Source: an uncultured Erysipelotrichaceae bacterium (lineage in GTDB: Bacteria; Bacillota_I; Bacilli_A; RF39; UBA660). Taken from it: a DNA stretch of 64,000 bases. Under the pieces are notes generated by a model. The model saw only the letters and a program-made list of their open reading frames with translations, was not told the origin of the DNA and did not search any database. Below, piece after piece: positions 18,226 to 27,551 of this stretch. The stretch is taken from NCBI GenBank assembly GCA_902780395.1, contig CACZFH010000002.1, positions 22,335 through 86,334 on the forward strand, read 5' to 3'. Positions within the stretch are counted from its first letter, which is position 1, and each line of letters opens with the position of its first letter. The position numbers were made by a program, and so were the translations under genes.

Positions 18226-18503
18226 TTAAAGCAGAATATACATATGAGGCATTAAAAGATAGAGTACATGATCAACAATCTGAAATTGAATCTTTAAAAA
18301 CTACCAAAAAGCATTTCTTTGATGAAAATAGATTGTTAGAAAGACATAATTTACAATTGATTAATATAATAAATTTAATTGAGCAACGATTAATTGATAA
18401 TGGTGTAGATGATGAAATATTAAATTGTTGTGATATGTATGATGTTAATGGAGTTGAATTAAGAAAATATATAAAAAAATTGAAGGAGGATAATAATTTA
18501 TGA
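18192..18503 (+). CDS. hypothetical phage protein
   Basis: ORF track; RBS aggagga. Confidence 0.5.
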   Translation: MEDNETYEDKVVKAEYTYEALKDRVHDQQSEIESLKTTKKHFFDENRLLERHNLQLINIINLIEQRLIDNGVDDEILNCCDMYDVNGVELRKYIKKLKEDNNL

Positions 18504-18775
18504 AAGCTGAAGAATTATTTAAACAATTAGGTTTTAAAAAGTATTCAGATGATAATATTACATTATCATATTCTTATGATTCGAGAAGAGAAAAGACTAA
18601 ATATATGGTTGTATTTTATTTTGACGATAGAAGTTATCAAGTTTATAGTGTTTCATATTCTATACGTTTATTTAGTAGAGAAAAGATGTATTATCCAATA
18701 TATGAACCTTATCGTATTAGTAAAGATATGCATAAAGCTATTATCACTCAACTTGATGAGTTAGGTTGGTGGTAA
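18500..18775 (+). CDS. hypothetical phage protein
   Basis: ORF track; RBS aaggagga. Confidence 0.5.
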   Translation: MKAEELFKQLGFKKYSDDNITLSYSYDSRREKTKYMVVFYFDDRSYQVYSVSYSIRLFSREKMYYPIYEPYRISKDMHKAIITQLDELGWW

Positions 18776-18850
18776 TTTGATTGGAATAATATTTATTTTA
18801 TTAATAATGCTATTTATTTATTGTTGTTTAGTAGTTGGAGGTGATAAGTA

Positions 18851-19108
18851 ATGAGTTATAGCATAGAGAAGATAATAGAAGATGTAGAAAAGGATTATCC
18901 AGGAGATGGAAGAATAGCTTTAATAAAGAGTCATGTAAATAAACAAACAGAAGAAATTACTAGATTAAGAGATATGATTGAAGAAATTAATAAAGTAATT
19001 GATCTAAATCCATCATTAGAAAATAATCCTATAGTTAAGGAATTTATAGAGAAACAAAAAGAGGAAGGTGATACAGATGGCGAAGAAGAAGTCAATCAAA
19101 ACGTTTGA
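18851..19108 (+). CDS. hypothetical phage protein
   Basis: ORF track; RBS ggaggtga. Confidence 0.5.
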   Translation: MSYSIEKIIEDVEKDYPGDGRIALIKSHVNKQTEEITRLRDMIEEINKVIDLNPSLENNPIVKEFIEKQKEEGDTDGEEEVNQNV

Positions 19109-19361
19109 TGAAATAATCAAACAATTAAAGAAAAGCAATACTTGTATAATCGTTACAGATAAGAATATAGATTATGTTGGTGATTTTAGTGAAATTGTTA
19201 TGTTATATGACAAACTTACTTTAGGATTAGTTAATATTAATCCTTCAGTTGAAACATATTCTAGTTGGAGAGATTATTTCAAACAATTATCTGATTTATT
19301 TGAAGAACATATAGAAAAATTAAATAAAAAGAATGAAGAAGGTGTTAAAGATGAATTATAA
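19077..19361 (+). CDS. hypothetical phage protein
   Basis: Start set at MAKKKSIK, after RBS gaggaaggtg. Confidence 0.5.
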   Translation: MAKKKSIKTFDEIIKQLKKSNTCIIVTDKNIDYVGDFSEIVMLYDKLTLGLVNINPSVETYSSWRDYFKQLSDLFEEHIEKLNKKNEEGVKDEL

Positions 19362-19554
19362 ACAAAGGCTATTACAAGAATATGCTGAGTTAATAGTGAA
19401 GATAACAAGGCTAAGAGTATTTATTGAACATCAAGAAGAAACCGAAGAAAATGATTTATATCATTCAAATGAAACGTTATTACATAAACAATTAGATTCA
19501 ATGCTTGTTTACCAATCCATATTGCAAGAAAGACTTGAAAATGAATTAGGATAG
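19351..19554 (+). CDS. hypothetical phage protein
   Basis: Start set at the second ATG, after RBS gaagaaggtg. Confidence 0.45.
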   Translation: MNYKQRLLQEYAELIVKITRLRVFIEHQEETEENDLYHSNETLLHKQLDSMLVYQSILQERLENELG

Positions 19555-19557
19555 TTA

Positions 19558-19803
19558 ATGAATAATAGATTAAAATCTTTATTAAATGATTATTCTTTAA
19601 CAACTCAATTCAAATGTTTAACAACTGATTCAATGTATTGCGAATTATATTTTATGAATGTAAAAATAGGAATAATAACTCTTCAGGACCATATTTATTG
19701 TTATTATCCATGTAATTCTATATTTAAAACCTCAGGTTTATTAAATGATTTCTTAATTAAATTAAAATTTGAATTAGACGTATTATTTAGGAGGTGTAAA
19801 TGA
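19558..19803 (+). CDS. hypothetical phage protein
   Basis: ORF track; weak RBS. Confidence 0.4.
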   Translation: MNNRLKSLLNDYSLTTQFKCLTTDSMYCELYFMNVKIGIITLQDHIYCYYPCNSIFKTSGLLNDFLIKLKFELDVLFRRCK

Positions 19804-20336
19804 TGAGTATTGGTGAAAAAGATATGAATTTAATTGTAAGTAGAGTTCTAAAAGAATTAAAAAATAAAAATCTTTTAAATACTAATAAAGATTCTTATAA
19901 ATCTACTGAGAAAATATTATATAGTTATATTGCTTTACCTGAATCTTTAAAACTTCTATATGAAGAAATATCTAAATTAGAAGTTGATTATAAGAATTTA
20001 AAGCCAACAAATATAAAATCCAAGACTTTAATTTTAAATGAAGAAAATCAGACTTATTTCTATGGTAATGAGTCTTTAGAATCACGTATATCAGAATTAA
20101 AACAAATAGCTATAAAAACTAAATCAATTATGAGAATTACAGATAAAGCTCTTAAAAGTATTAAAGAAGATAAGTATTACGATATTATTCCTATGTATTA
20201 TTTTAAAGATCTAACAATTGAAACTATTGCTGAGCATTTTAATGTTTCACTTAGTACAATCCATGAACATAAAAAAATATTAGTCAATAAATTAAAGGTT
20301 TATATTTTTCCTGGAACATTCATTAATGAATTATAA
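19800..20336 (+). CDS. putative late-gene transcriptional activator (sigma-70 region-4-like HTH; ArpU/RinA-type position)
   Basis: The C-terminal LTIETIAEHFNVSLSTIHEHKKILVNKLK resembles sigma region 4. It is the last gene before the packaging module. Confidence 0.55.
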   Translation: MMSIGEKDMNLIVSRVLKELKNKNLLNTNKDSYKSTEKILYSYIALPESLKLLYEEISKLEVDYKNLKPTNIKSKTLILNEENQTYFYGNESLESRISELKQIAIKTKSIMRITDKALKSIKEDKYYDIIPMYYFKDLTIETIAEHFNVSLSTIHEHKKILVNKLKVYIFPGTFINEL

Positions 20337-20338
20337 AA

Positions 20339-20379
20339 CCGAAAAAGTGCCGAAAAACAGCCTTATTGACTACCGAAAA
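20339..20379 (+). promoter_or_regulatory. late-operon control region: three CCGAAAA boxes and a TTGACT -35-like hexamer
   Basis: ccgaaaa at 20339-20345, 20350-20356 and 20373-20379. ttgact at 20366-20371. AT-rich -10-like tataat/ataatg sequences follow. Confidence 0.45.
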
Positions 20380-20466
20380 TATAATGATATAATGTAGTAA
20401 AATGATATGATTATGATTAGAAAAGAGTTCTAAAAATGGACTCTTTTTATTGTGAAAGGAGGAAGC

Positions 20467-20865
20467 ATGACTAAGATTCGTGATAAATATAAGCTTGGTA
20501 GAAGAATGTCCTATAAGAATTCTACTGAATTAGAAGATATGATCCGCAAATATTTTGCAGCTTGTCAACATGATAGAGTTGTTCCAAATATTGCAGGATT
20601 ATGTAATTATCTTGGCATATGTAAGAAAACCTTTTACAATTATTTGAATAATGAAGATTTACCAGATTATCATGATGTTATTGATAGAACAAGATTAGCA
20701 ATGGAAGATATATATGTTCAAGCATTGTTTTCAAAATATTCAAGTGGAGCTCAATTTGTTTTAAAGAATCAATGTAATTGGAACGCAGAAGAAAATATTA
20801 AAAATACTAATATTGAGATGTCTTATGAAGATTATTTAAAGGACTTGAAGAAAAATGAGTATTAA
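20467..20865 (+). CDS. terminase small subunit
   Basis: ...PNIAGLCNYLGICKKTFYNYLN HTH typical of TerS. Immediately upstream of terL and overlapping it. Start set at the ATG after aaaggagga. Confidence 0.7.
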   Translation: MTKIRDKYKLGRRMSYKNSTELEDMIRKYFAACQHDRVVPNIAGLCNYLGICKKTFYNYLNNEDLPDYHDVIDRTRLAMEDIYVQALFSKYSSGAQFVLKNQCNWNAEENIKNTNIEMSYEDYLKDLKKNEY

Positions 20866-22501
20866 TAGAAAAGATTATATTGAAACATATATTAAGATTG
20901 TTGATAAGAATAATAATTTAGTTGATTTAAAATTTAACTTTGCTCAACAAAAATTATATGACACTATCAAAGAATTAAGAGAAAATAATAGACCAGTAAG
21001 AATAATAATACTTAAAGCTAGACAGTTAGGAATATCAACTGCAACAGAAAGTATATTCTTTACCAACTCTGTTTTAGGTTTTAATATAAAGACTGGTATT
21101 ATTACTCATAAATCAGACGCAACAAGCAACTTGTTTAATATGAGTAAATTAATGTATCAAAATTTACCTGATAAACTAAAACCTAGTTTAATTAAAGATA
21201 ATCAAAATTGTTTAACATTTAATAATCAAGATGGTACTGGTTTAAATAGTGAAATAAAATGTATGACTGCTGGTGCAAAAGGTGTAGGTAGATCTACAAC
21301 ATATACTCAGTTACATATGTCAGAATATGCCTTTTGGCCTGGAGATAAAAAAGATACTTATTTAGGACTTATTCAAACTGTTCCTAATACTCCTGATTCA
21401 ATAGTTATTATTGAATCAACTCCTAATGGATTTGAAGATTTTAAAGATAAATGGGATAGTGCTGTTGCTGGTAATAGTGATTTTGTTCCTTTATTCTTCC
21501 CCTGGTTTGACAATCCTGAATATAGAATGAATTATGATGGATTTGATTTAACCCCAGAAGAAATTGAATTAAAAAAACTATATAATATTGATAACGAACA
21601 AATTGCATGGAGAAGATGGTGTATTAAAAATAACTGTTCTGAAGATGTTGAACAATTTAAACAAGAATATCCATCCAATCCTGATGAAGCTTTCTTATCA
21701 ACTGGTAAATGTGTGTTTGACAAAAATAAAATTATAAATAGATTACAAGAAGTTAGAGAGCCTTTAAAACAAGGTTATTTTGATTATAAATATGATGGAA
21801 AAACAATTACAAATTATTCATTTATTGAATCAAAATCAAAAAATTATATCAAAATTTATGAAGATGTAAAAGATGGTTATCCTTATGTTCTTGGTGGAGA
21901 TACTGCAGGAATTGGTTCTGATAGTTTTGCAGGTGATGTTATTAATAATAATACAGGAAATCAATCTGCTACATTAGAATTAGAATTAGATGAAACTGAA
22001 TATACAATGCAAATGTATTGTTTAGGTATGTATTACAATGAAGCATTAATATGTATTGAAACTAACTATTCAACATATCCAGTAAAGAAATTATGGGAAA
22101 TGGATTATACTAATCAATATATTAGAGAAGTAGATGAAGGAATCAATGTAAAGCAACAAGATAAATTAGGTTTCAATACTAATAGAGCTACTAGACCAGT
22201 TATTATAGCTGAATTAGTGGAATTTGTTAAAGATTGTTCATATTTAATTAATGATAAAGATTTATTAAAACAAATGCTTTATTTTATTAAAAGAGATGAT
22301 GGTAAACAAGCAGCTGAAGACGGATATCACGACGATAGAGTTATGTCCTTTGCTATTGCTCATAAAGCAAGAGGACAACAGACTTATACAATCGAAAAAG
22401 TAGAAAAGAAGGAAGAAGTTAATCTTCCTTTTGCTTTGCAAGATGATAGAGATGATAATAATTATTATGATGATACTAATGATTTAAGATTGGAGTGGTA
22501 A
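20855..22501 (+). CDS. terminase large subunit
   Basis: ILKARQLGISTA Walker-A-type segment, a C-terminal nuclease-like region (GGDTAG...DDR), and its size and position. Confidence 0.85.
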   Translation: MSINRKDYIETYIKIVDKNNNLVDLKFNFAQQKLYDTIKELRENNRPVRIIILKARQLGISTATESIFFTNSVLGFNIKTGIITHKSDATSNLFNMSKLMYQNLPDKLKPSLIKDNQNCLTFNNQDGTGLNSEIKCMTAGAKGVGRSTTYTQLHMSEYAFWPGDKKDTYLGLIQTVPNTPDSIVIIESTPNGFEDFKDKWDSAVAGNSDFVPLFFPWFDNPEYRMNYDGFDLTPEEIELKKLYNIDNEQIAWRRWCIKNNCSEDVEQFKQEYPSNPDEAFLSTGKCVFDKNKIINRLQEVREPLKQGYFDYKYDGKTITNYSFIESKSKNYIKIYEDVKDGYPYVLGGDTAGIGSDSFAGDVINNNTGNQSATLELELDETEYTMQMYCLGMYYNEALICIETNYSTYPVKKLWEMDYTNQYIREVDEGINVKQQDKLGFNTNRATRPVIIAELVEFVKDCSYLINDKDLLKQMLYFIKRDDGKQAAEDGYHDDRVMSFAIAHKARGQQTYTIEKVEKKEEVNLPFALQDDRDDNNYYDDTNDLRLEW

Positions 22502-22502
22502 T

Positions 22503-22835
22503 ATGAGTTATTTAACATGTATTTTAATTGTTGGATTAATAATAATAGTATTCTTTGTAGGATATGGAGTTGGAATTATGACTCCTTTTTTACTGAAAAA
22601 ATATTTTAATATTAGTGAATCTAACTTAAATCAACTAAATAATTTTAAAGAGGATTTTTCAAAAGATATAAATTCTTTACATGAAGAAATAAATAATTTA
22701 GATGTTATTAATGAAGTAAATCAATTAAAAACACAAATGGAGTCTATACTTAAAACTAGAGACGATAATAAAGATTTAATTAATGAATGGTTTTTTGGTG
22801 ATAAGAATGGTGGTGGGGTAAATGGAACAAGCTGA
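22503..22835 (+). CDS. small membrane / coiled-coil phage protein
   Basis: ORF track; N-terminal TM segment. Confidence 0.5.
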   Translation: MSYLTCILIVGLIIIVFFVGYGVGIMTPFLLKKYFNISESNLNQLNNFKEDFSKDINSLHEEINNLDVINEVNQLKTQMESILKTRDDNKDLINEWFFGDKNGGGVNGTS

Positions 22836-24531
22836 TTTAATATGGAGTCAATACCAAAAAGGACTTAGTTATATAAGATCCACTGGATTAGATGATGAAT
22901 GGATTGAATGTGAAAAATTTTGGGAAGGTGAACAATGGGCCAAAGCAACAAATAGAACTAGAAGTTTACCACGACCTGTAGTTAACGTTTGTAGTATGAT
23001 AGCTGATAATAAAAAGTCAGGTATTTTAAGTGAAAAAATTAAAATCATATATAGACCTGATGAAATGTTTGGAGATATGTTAGAACGTGCAAATCATGGT
23101 GCTAACATTTTTACTAAATTTTGTGAAAATGTACAACAGGAATTAGAACAAGAAAATTTAGATGATGAAGCAGTTGAGAACTTAGTTAAGCTTGGAACAG
23201 CAATATATCATTATTATTGGGACAATGATGTTAGTGGTGGAATGACTACTCCTTATTTAGGTGGTATGAGAGGAGAAATACTTCACCCAAAAAACGTTAT
23301 TGTTTCTAACTTCAGAGAAAAAGATATTCAAAAGCAAAAATACATTATTATTGCTTCAGTTGAATCTTTATCTAGTGTTAAAGAATTAGCTAAAAAGAAT
23401 GGTGTTAAAAACTATGATCAAATTAAAGCTGATAATGAGATTGATGATGAAGCAACTAAAGTATTAGAAACATGTACTGTCTTAACAAGATATACTAGAA
23501 AAAATAATAAAGTTGTTTGGTCTAAATCAACTCAAAATGTTATGATTCAAGAACCAACATATTGGGAACCTGGATTGAATGAAGTTAAATTAGATGAAGA
23601 AGATTATAAAAATGATGGAAGTGAGATTAAAGAACCTGATAAGGCAGAACAAAAAGGAATATTTAACAGAAAACAATTATATCCAATTGAATTACAATCT
23701 TATAAAAATAGAAAAGACTGTATTTATGGAATAGGAGAAGTTAAACAATGTATTTCTAATAATAAAGCTATTAATTTCAATTTAGCTATGATGTTATTAT
23801 CAGTTCAACAAACTGCATGGCCAAAAATAATTCAAAAGGCTGGTGCATTAGCTAGACAAGTTATAACTAATGCACCAGGCGAAATAATTACTGATAATAG
23901 TAAAACTCAAGGTTGGGGTATTCAGTATCTTAATACTCCTGCTTTTAATGCTCAAGCATTAACTTTGACAGATAATATTTTAAATCTAACTCGTAGTACA
24001 ACTGGTGCAACAGAAGTTGTAACAGGAGAAGTTTTAGGGGCTAATATGGCAGCTTCTGCTATTATTGCTCTACAAAACCAAGCTAAAAAACCAATTGAAA
24101 CTGCTCAAAAGAAATTCTTTAGATCTCATATTCGAATCGGAAGAATTATTGAACAGTTTTTTAAATGTTACTATACTGATGATAGATTATTTTCTTATGA
24201 AGAAGATCAACAGACATATACAAGTCAGATGAATGGATCAAATTATAGTGATATAGATTTTTCAACTAATATCGAAGTTGGTGCTAGAGGTGTATTTAGC
24301 GAATCTTTAATTATTAGTTTATTAGATCAATTATTGCAACAACAAGCTATTGATGTTGATGATTATATAGAATTATATCCTGATTCAATTATGACTTTTA
24401 AAGAAACTCTTAAGAAAATGAGAGCTAAGAAGTTAGAAGTACAACAAATGCAAGAATTATTGATGAATCAGCAAATGTTGAATCAACCACAAATGCAACA
24501 ACCTATCGAGAATGTTGCACAACCTGTATAA
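22822..24531 (+). CDS. portal protein
   Basis: 569 aa, directly after terL. I recognise no specific motif; the call rests on size and position. Confidence 0.7.
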   Translation: MEQADLIWSQYQKGLSYIRSTGLDDEWIECEKFWEGEQWAKATNRTRSLPRPVVNVCSMIADNKKSGILSEKIKIIYRPDEMFGDMLERANHGANIFTKFCENVQQELEQENLDDEAVENLVKLGTAIYHYYWDNDVSGGMTTPYLGGMRGEILHPKNVIVSNFREKDIQKQKYIIIASVESLSSVKELAKKNGVKNYDQIKADNEIDDEATKVLETCTVLTRYTRKNNKVVWSKSTQNVMIQEPTYWEPGLNEVKLDEEDYKNDGSEIKEPDKAEQKGIFNRKQLYPIELQSYKNRKDCIYGIGEVKQCISNNKAINFNLAMMLLSVQQTAWPKIIQKAGALARQVITNAPGEIITDNSKTQGWGIQYLNTPAFNAQALTLTDNILNLTRSTTGATEVVTGEVLGANMAASAIIALQNQAKKPIETAQKKFFRSHIRIGRIIEQFFKCYYTDDRLFSYEEDQQTYTSQMNGSNYSDIDFSTNIEVGARGVFSESLIISLLDQLLQQQAIDVDDYIELYPDSIMTFKETLKKMRAKKLEVQQMQELLMNQQMLNQPQMQQPIENVAQPV

Positions 24532-24620
24532 GAGTTAAAAACTCTTTTTATTTTTGGTATAAACTTTTTGTTTATATATAAATTTAGCATGGAAGAGCTT
24601 AAAAATCCAAGGAGGAATAT

Positions 24621-25460
24621 ATGGAAAATGAAAGCGAAAAAGAATTGGCAGTCGCTGAGCCAATCGATACAGAGGAAGAGTCTGTAGATGAATCTGATGA
24701 AATGGAATTTTCTGATACTGAAGAATCAGATGAAAATGATAATCAGGCCGATGATGAATCAAATAATGATACTGAAGAAGAAAATGAAGATGAAGAATCA
24801 GATGAAGCTCAAGAAGAACAACCAAGCAAAGGAAAACCTAGTGTTTTATCTAAAGAAGAAAGAGCTATGTATGCTAAGGCAAGAAGAACTGTAGAAAAGA
24901 GTGTTGAAGAGAAACATAAAAAGGCACTCGATAAAGCATATGAGAGAGGTAGATTAGAAGCTTACAAAGGTAAAATAAATCCTTATACTAATACTGAAAT
25001 TAAAGATTTAACTGATGTTGAAGTATATGAAGATATGTTCAAGATTGCTGAAGAAGGTGGAGATCCTCTAAAAGATTATGCTTCATATTCTGCAGATAAG
25101 AAAAGAGAAGAGGCTCGAATAAAGCAAGAGGAATCTGAAAGGCAAGCCAAAGCAGAGAAGGATATAGATGATTTTCAAAAGAAATATCCTGATGTAAATC
25201 TTAGTGATTTATTTAAAAATGAGAATTTCTTAGACTATGCTGAAGGTAAAGATAAAAGCCTTGTTGATGTCTATGATTCATATATGAAATTTATAACAAG
25301 TTTTAGAAACAAAGGAATCGAGACCGCCAAGAAAACTATTGCTAATAGCATAAGTTCTCCAGGCAGTTTATCTAATGGTTCTGAAACTGTTGTTGATTAT
25401 GCAACAATGCCAAAAGAAGAATTTGAGAAAGTTGTTGCTAGAGTAAAAGATGGTAGTTAA
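24621..25460 (+). CDS. scaffolding protein
   Basis: Extremely acidic N-terminus followed by a helical K/E-rich body. It sits between the portal and capsid genes. Confidence 0.65.
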   Translation: MENESEKELAVAEPIDTEEESVDESDEMEFSDTEESDENDNQADDESNNDTEEENEDEESDEAQEEQPSKGKPSVLSKEERAMYAKARRTVEKSVEEKHKKALDKAYERGRLEAYKGKINPYTNTEIKDLTDVEVYEDMFKIAEEGGDPLKDYASYSADKKREEARIKQEESERQAKAEKDIDDFQKKYPDVNLSDLFKNENFLDYAEGKDKSLVDVYDSYMKFITSFRNKGIETAKKTIANSISSPGSLSNGSETVVDYATMPKEEFEKVVARVKDGS

Positions 25461-25482
25461 TCAAAAGAAGGAGGGATAATTA

Positions 25483-26430
25483 ATGCCAACAACTCAAACA
25501 ATTGCTACTTTAACAGTAGAAAATCAAACTTTCTATGATAGAACTTTATTAGAAAGATTATTACCTGAATTACATTTTTATAGAGACGCAGATAAAAAAG
25601 TAATTCCTAGAGGAAAAGGAACAAGTATTGAATTTAGAAAATTTAATAGTTTACCTATTCCTGGAGCTTCATTAACTGAAGGTGTAACTCCTGCTGGTAA
25701 TAGTTTGAATATTACTAGCATTACTGCGACTGCAAAACAAGAAGGAGATTTTGTAGAAGTATCTGATGTTTTAGACATTGCTTCTAAAGATCCAGTTATT
25801 ACTGAAACTTCTGAATTATGTGGTGAACAATCAGGACAAACAGTTGATATCAGAACACGTGATGTTGTAACTGCAGGAACTACAGTTCAATATGCAAATG
25901 GTAGAGCAACACAAGCAGCTTTACTTCAAACTGATGTTTTAACAGGTCGTGAAGTTCGCCTTGCAAAAGCTCGTTTAAAGAAAAACAATGTTAAACCATT
26001 TGAAGATGGCTGCTATCATTTAGTTATCGACGCAGAGCAAGAGTTTGACTTTAAAAATGACGTTGCAAGCAATGGATTTATTGAAGTTTCTAAATATGCT
26101 CAACCAGATAAACTATTAGATGGTGAAATTGGTAAATATGATGGAGTAAGAATTTGCGTTACTTCTAATATAGAAACTATTACAGTTGGTTCAGGTTCAT
26201 CTGCTGTATCAGTTCATAAAGCTATTATGTATGGTAGACATGCTTATGGTGTTACAAGTGTTGAAAAAGGAGAAGGTAAAGCTTCTGTCATTGTTAAACC
26301 ACTTGGTTCATCGGGAACAGCTGATCCATTAAACCAAAGAGCTACAATTGGTTGGAAAATGTTCTTTGTTGCTAAGAGATTAAATGAATTAGCAATTTGT
26401 AGAATTGAAACAGGAGCAACACAAATCTAA
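25483..26430 (+). CDS. major capsid protein (resembles the N4-gp56-type capsid family)
   Basis: 315 aa, directly after the scaffold gene. The segment ...GKGTSIEFRKFNSLP...LTEGVTP... is as I recall for that family. Strong RBS. Confidence 0.7.
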   Translation: MPTTQTIATLTVENQTFYDRTLLERLLPELHFYRDADKKVIPRGKGTSIEFRKFNSLPIPGASLTEGVTPAGNSLNITSITATAKQEGDFVEVSDVLDIASKDPVITETSELCGEQSGQTVDIRTRDVVTAGTTVQYANGRATQAALLQTDVLTGREVRLAKARLKKNNVKPFEDGCYHLVIDAEQEFDFKNDVASNGFIEVSKYAQPDKLLDGEIGKYDGVRICVTSNIETITVGSGSSAVSVHKAIMYGRHAYGVTSVEKGEGKASVIVKPLGSSGTADPLNQRATIGWKMFFVAKRLNELAICRIETGATQI

Positions 26431-26468
26431 TGTGTTGCTTCTTATTTTTTATAGAAAGAAGGTAAATT

Positions 26469-26867
26469 ATGGCTAAAGAAATAGATGAAAAAGTTGAAGG
26501 AAAAACTGATAATAGTAATGATTTAGACGAAAAGTTAAAATTATTAGACGAAAAGTTAAAATTATTAGATGAAAAATCTAAAGAAATAGATGAAAAAACA
26601 GCTAATTTTGAAAAAGCAGTTAAAGAAGCAGAAGTTAAATTACCTGCTATTAACGATAAAGAATTAGTTGAAAGTGCAAAAAAAGTAGGTGAAACTTTAT
26701 CTAAAATGGATAAAGTCAATGTACGTATTCCAGTAGATGAAAAGAATCCTGAAGACAAATTTGTTCCCGTTACAATTTCAGGATATACATACCAAATTGA
26801 AAGAGGACAATCTGTTGAAGTCCCAAAAGAAGTAGAAAGAATTTTAATAGAAGCAAAATATATTTAA
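26469..26867 (+). CDS. virion-module protein with a DEKLKLL tandem repeat
   Basis: ORF track; RBS; position after the capsid gene. Confidence 0.5.
   Translation: MAKEIDEKVEGKTDNSNDLDEKLKLLDEKLKLLDEKSKEIDEKTANFEKAVKEAEVKLPAINDKELVESAKKVGETLSKMDKVNVRIPVDEKNPEDKFVPVTISGYTYQIERGQSVEVPKEVERILIEAKYI
26523..26570 (+). repeat. 21-bp tandem repeat ttagacgaaaagttaaaatta x2.3
   Basis: Two exact adjacent copies plus a diverged third, in frame (LDEKLKL). Confidence 0.8.
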
Positions 26868-26939
26868 TTTTGCTTTTTCTTCATGTTAAGAGATTTATGT
26901 TAGTGCAACTCTAACAAACATGACCGAAGGAGGATTATT

Positions 26940-27551
26940 ATGAATTGGGGAGAAATACAAATTGAAGCATTAAAGAAAATGTACTTGAATAATGACGATA
27001 TAACTGTCTCTCAGCTTGATAATTATAAATCTGATAAAAGATACAGGACATATCTTTTTGCAATGCCACAGGCCTGTAATGAGGGGATTAGAAAGATTTT
27101 AAGTGTTAAACCTAATGTCAAAAGTTATTCATTAAAACATAAGGAAGATACAAATAAATATGATTTAAAAAAAATTATTCCAAAATTTAAGCAATTATAT
27201 GATGTTGTCTATAATGGAAATGTAATTCCATCTTATCATATTGAAGGAGATAACATTCTTGTAATAGATAATTGGAAAAATGTAGATGAAACTTTCACAA
27301 TTTATTATGAATCATTTCACGATTTAATAAAATCAGATACTAGTCCATCAACTGCTATTGATTTAGATCGTGAACTTGTAATATTACTTCCATTATATAT
27401 TGCTGGAGAACTTTACAAAGATGATGATATTCAACAATCAACAATTTGGATTAATGAGTTTGAAACAGCTTTATCTGAAATTAAGCAAAGCATGAATACA
27501 ATAATTAGTAATCCTAGAATGATTACTACAGTATATGGAGTTGATTGGTAA
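26940..27551 (+). CDS. virion structural protein (possible head-tail adaptor)
   Basis: Position; RBS gaaggagg. Confidence 0.45.
   Translation: MNWGEIQIEALKKMYLNNDDITVSQLDNYKSDKRYRTYLFAMPQACNEGIRKILSVKPNVKSYSLKHKEDTNKYDLKKIIPKFKQLYDVVYNGNVIPSYHIEGDNILVIDNWKNVDETFTIYYESFHDLIKSDTSPSTAIDLDRELVILLPLYIAGELYKDDDIQQSTIWINEFETALSEIKQSMNTIISNPRMITTVYGVDW

Noticed and set aside
24535-24825. Antisense and alternate-frame ORFs in the track: 24535-24825(-), 24688-24894(+), 26372-26758(-), 37444-37752(-), 38926-39147(-), 41280-41528(-), 8451-8892(-), 3417-3916(-), 1304-1534(-), 978-1229(+), 11138-11380(+), 13559-13798(-), 15591-15776(-), 18549-18764(+), 19421-19603(-), 28228-28520, 30521-30718(-), 31385-31573(-), 35957-36220(-), 45355-45546(-), 46005-46199(-), 48003-48227(-), 51999-52217(-), 55617-55814(-), 56438-56638(-), 62981-63166(-) and 63554-63736(-).
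   Set aside because: All lie inside or opposite much longer, well-supported genes. They have low-complexity or hydrophobic 'mirror' compositions and lack RBSs. They are treated as spurious.
24621-24830. GA-rich periodic sequence (gaa/gat repeats) that looks like a tandem repeat or CRISPR-like array.
   Set aside because: It is an in-frame acidic low-complexity stretch (E/D-rich N-terminus of the scaffold protein). There are no constant repeat/spacer units.
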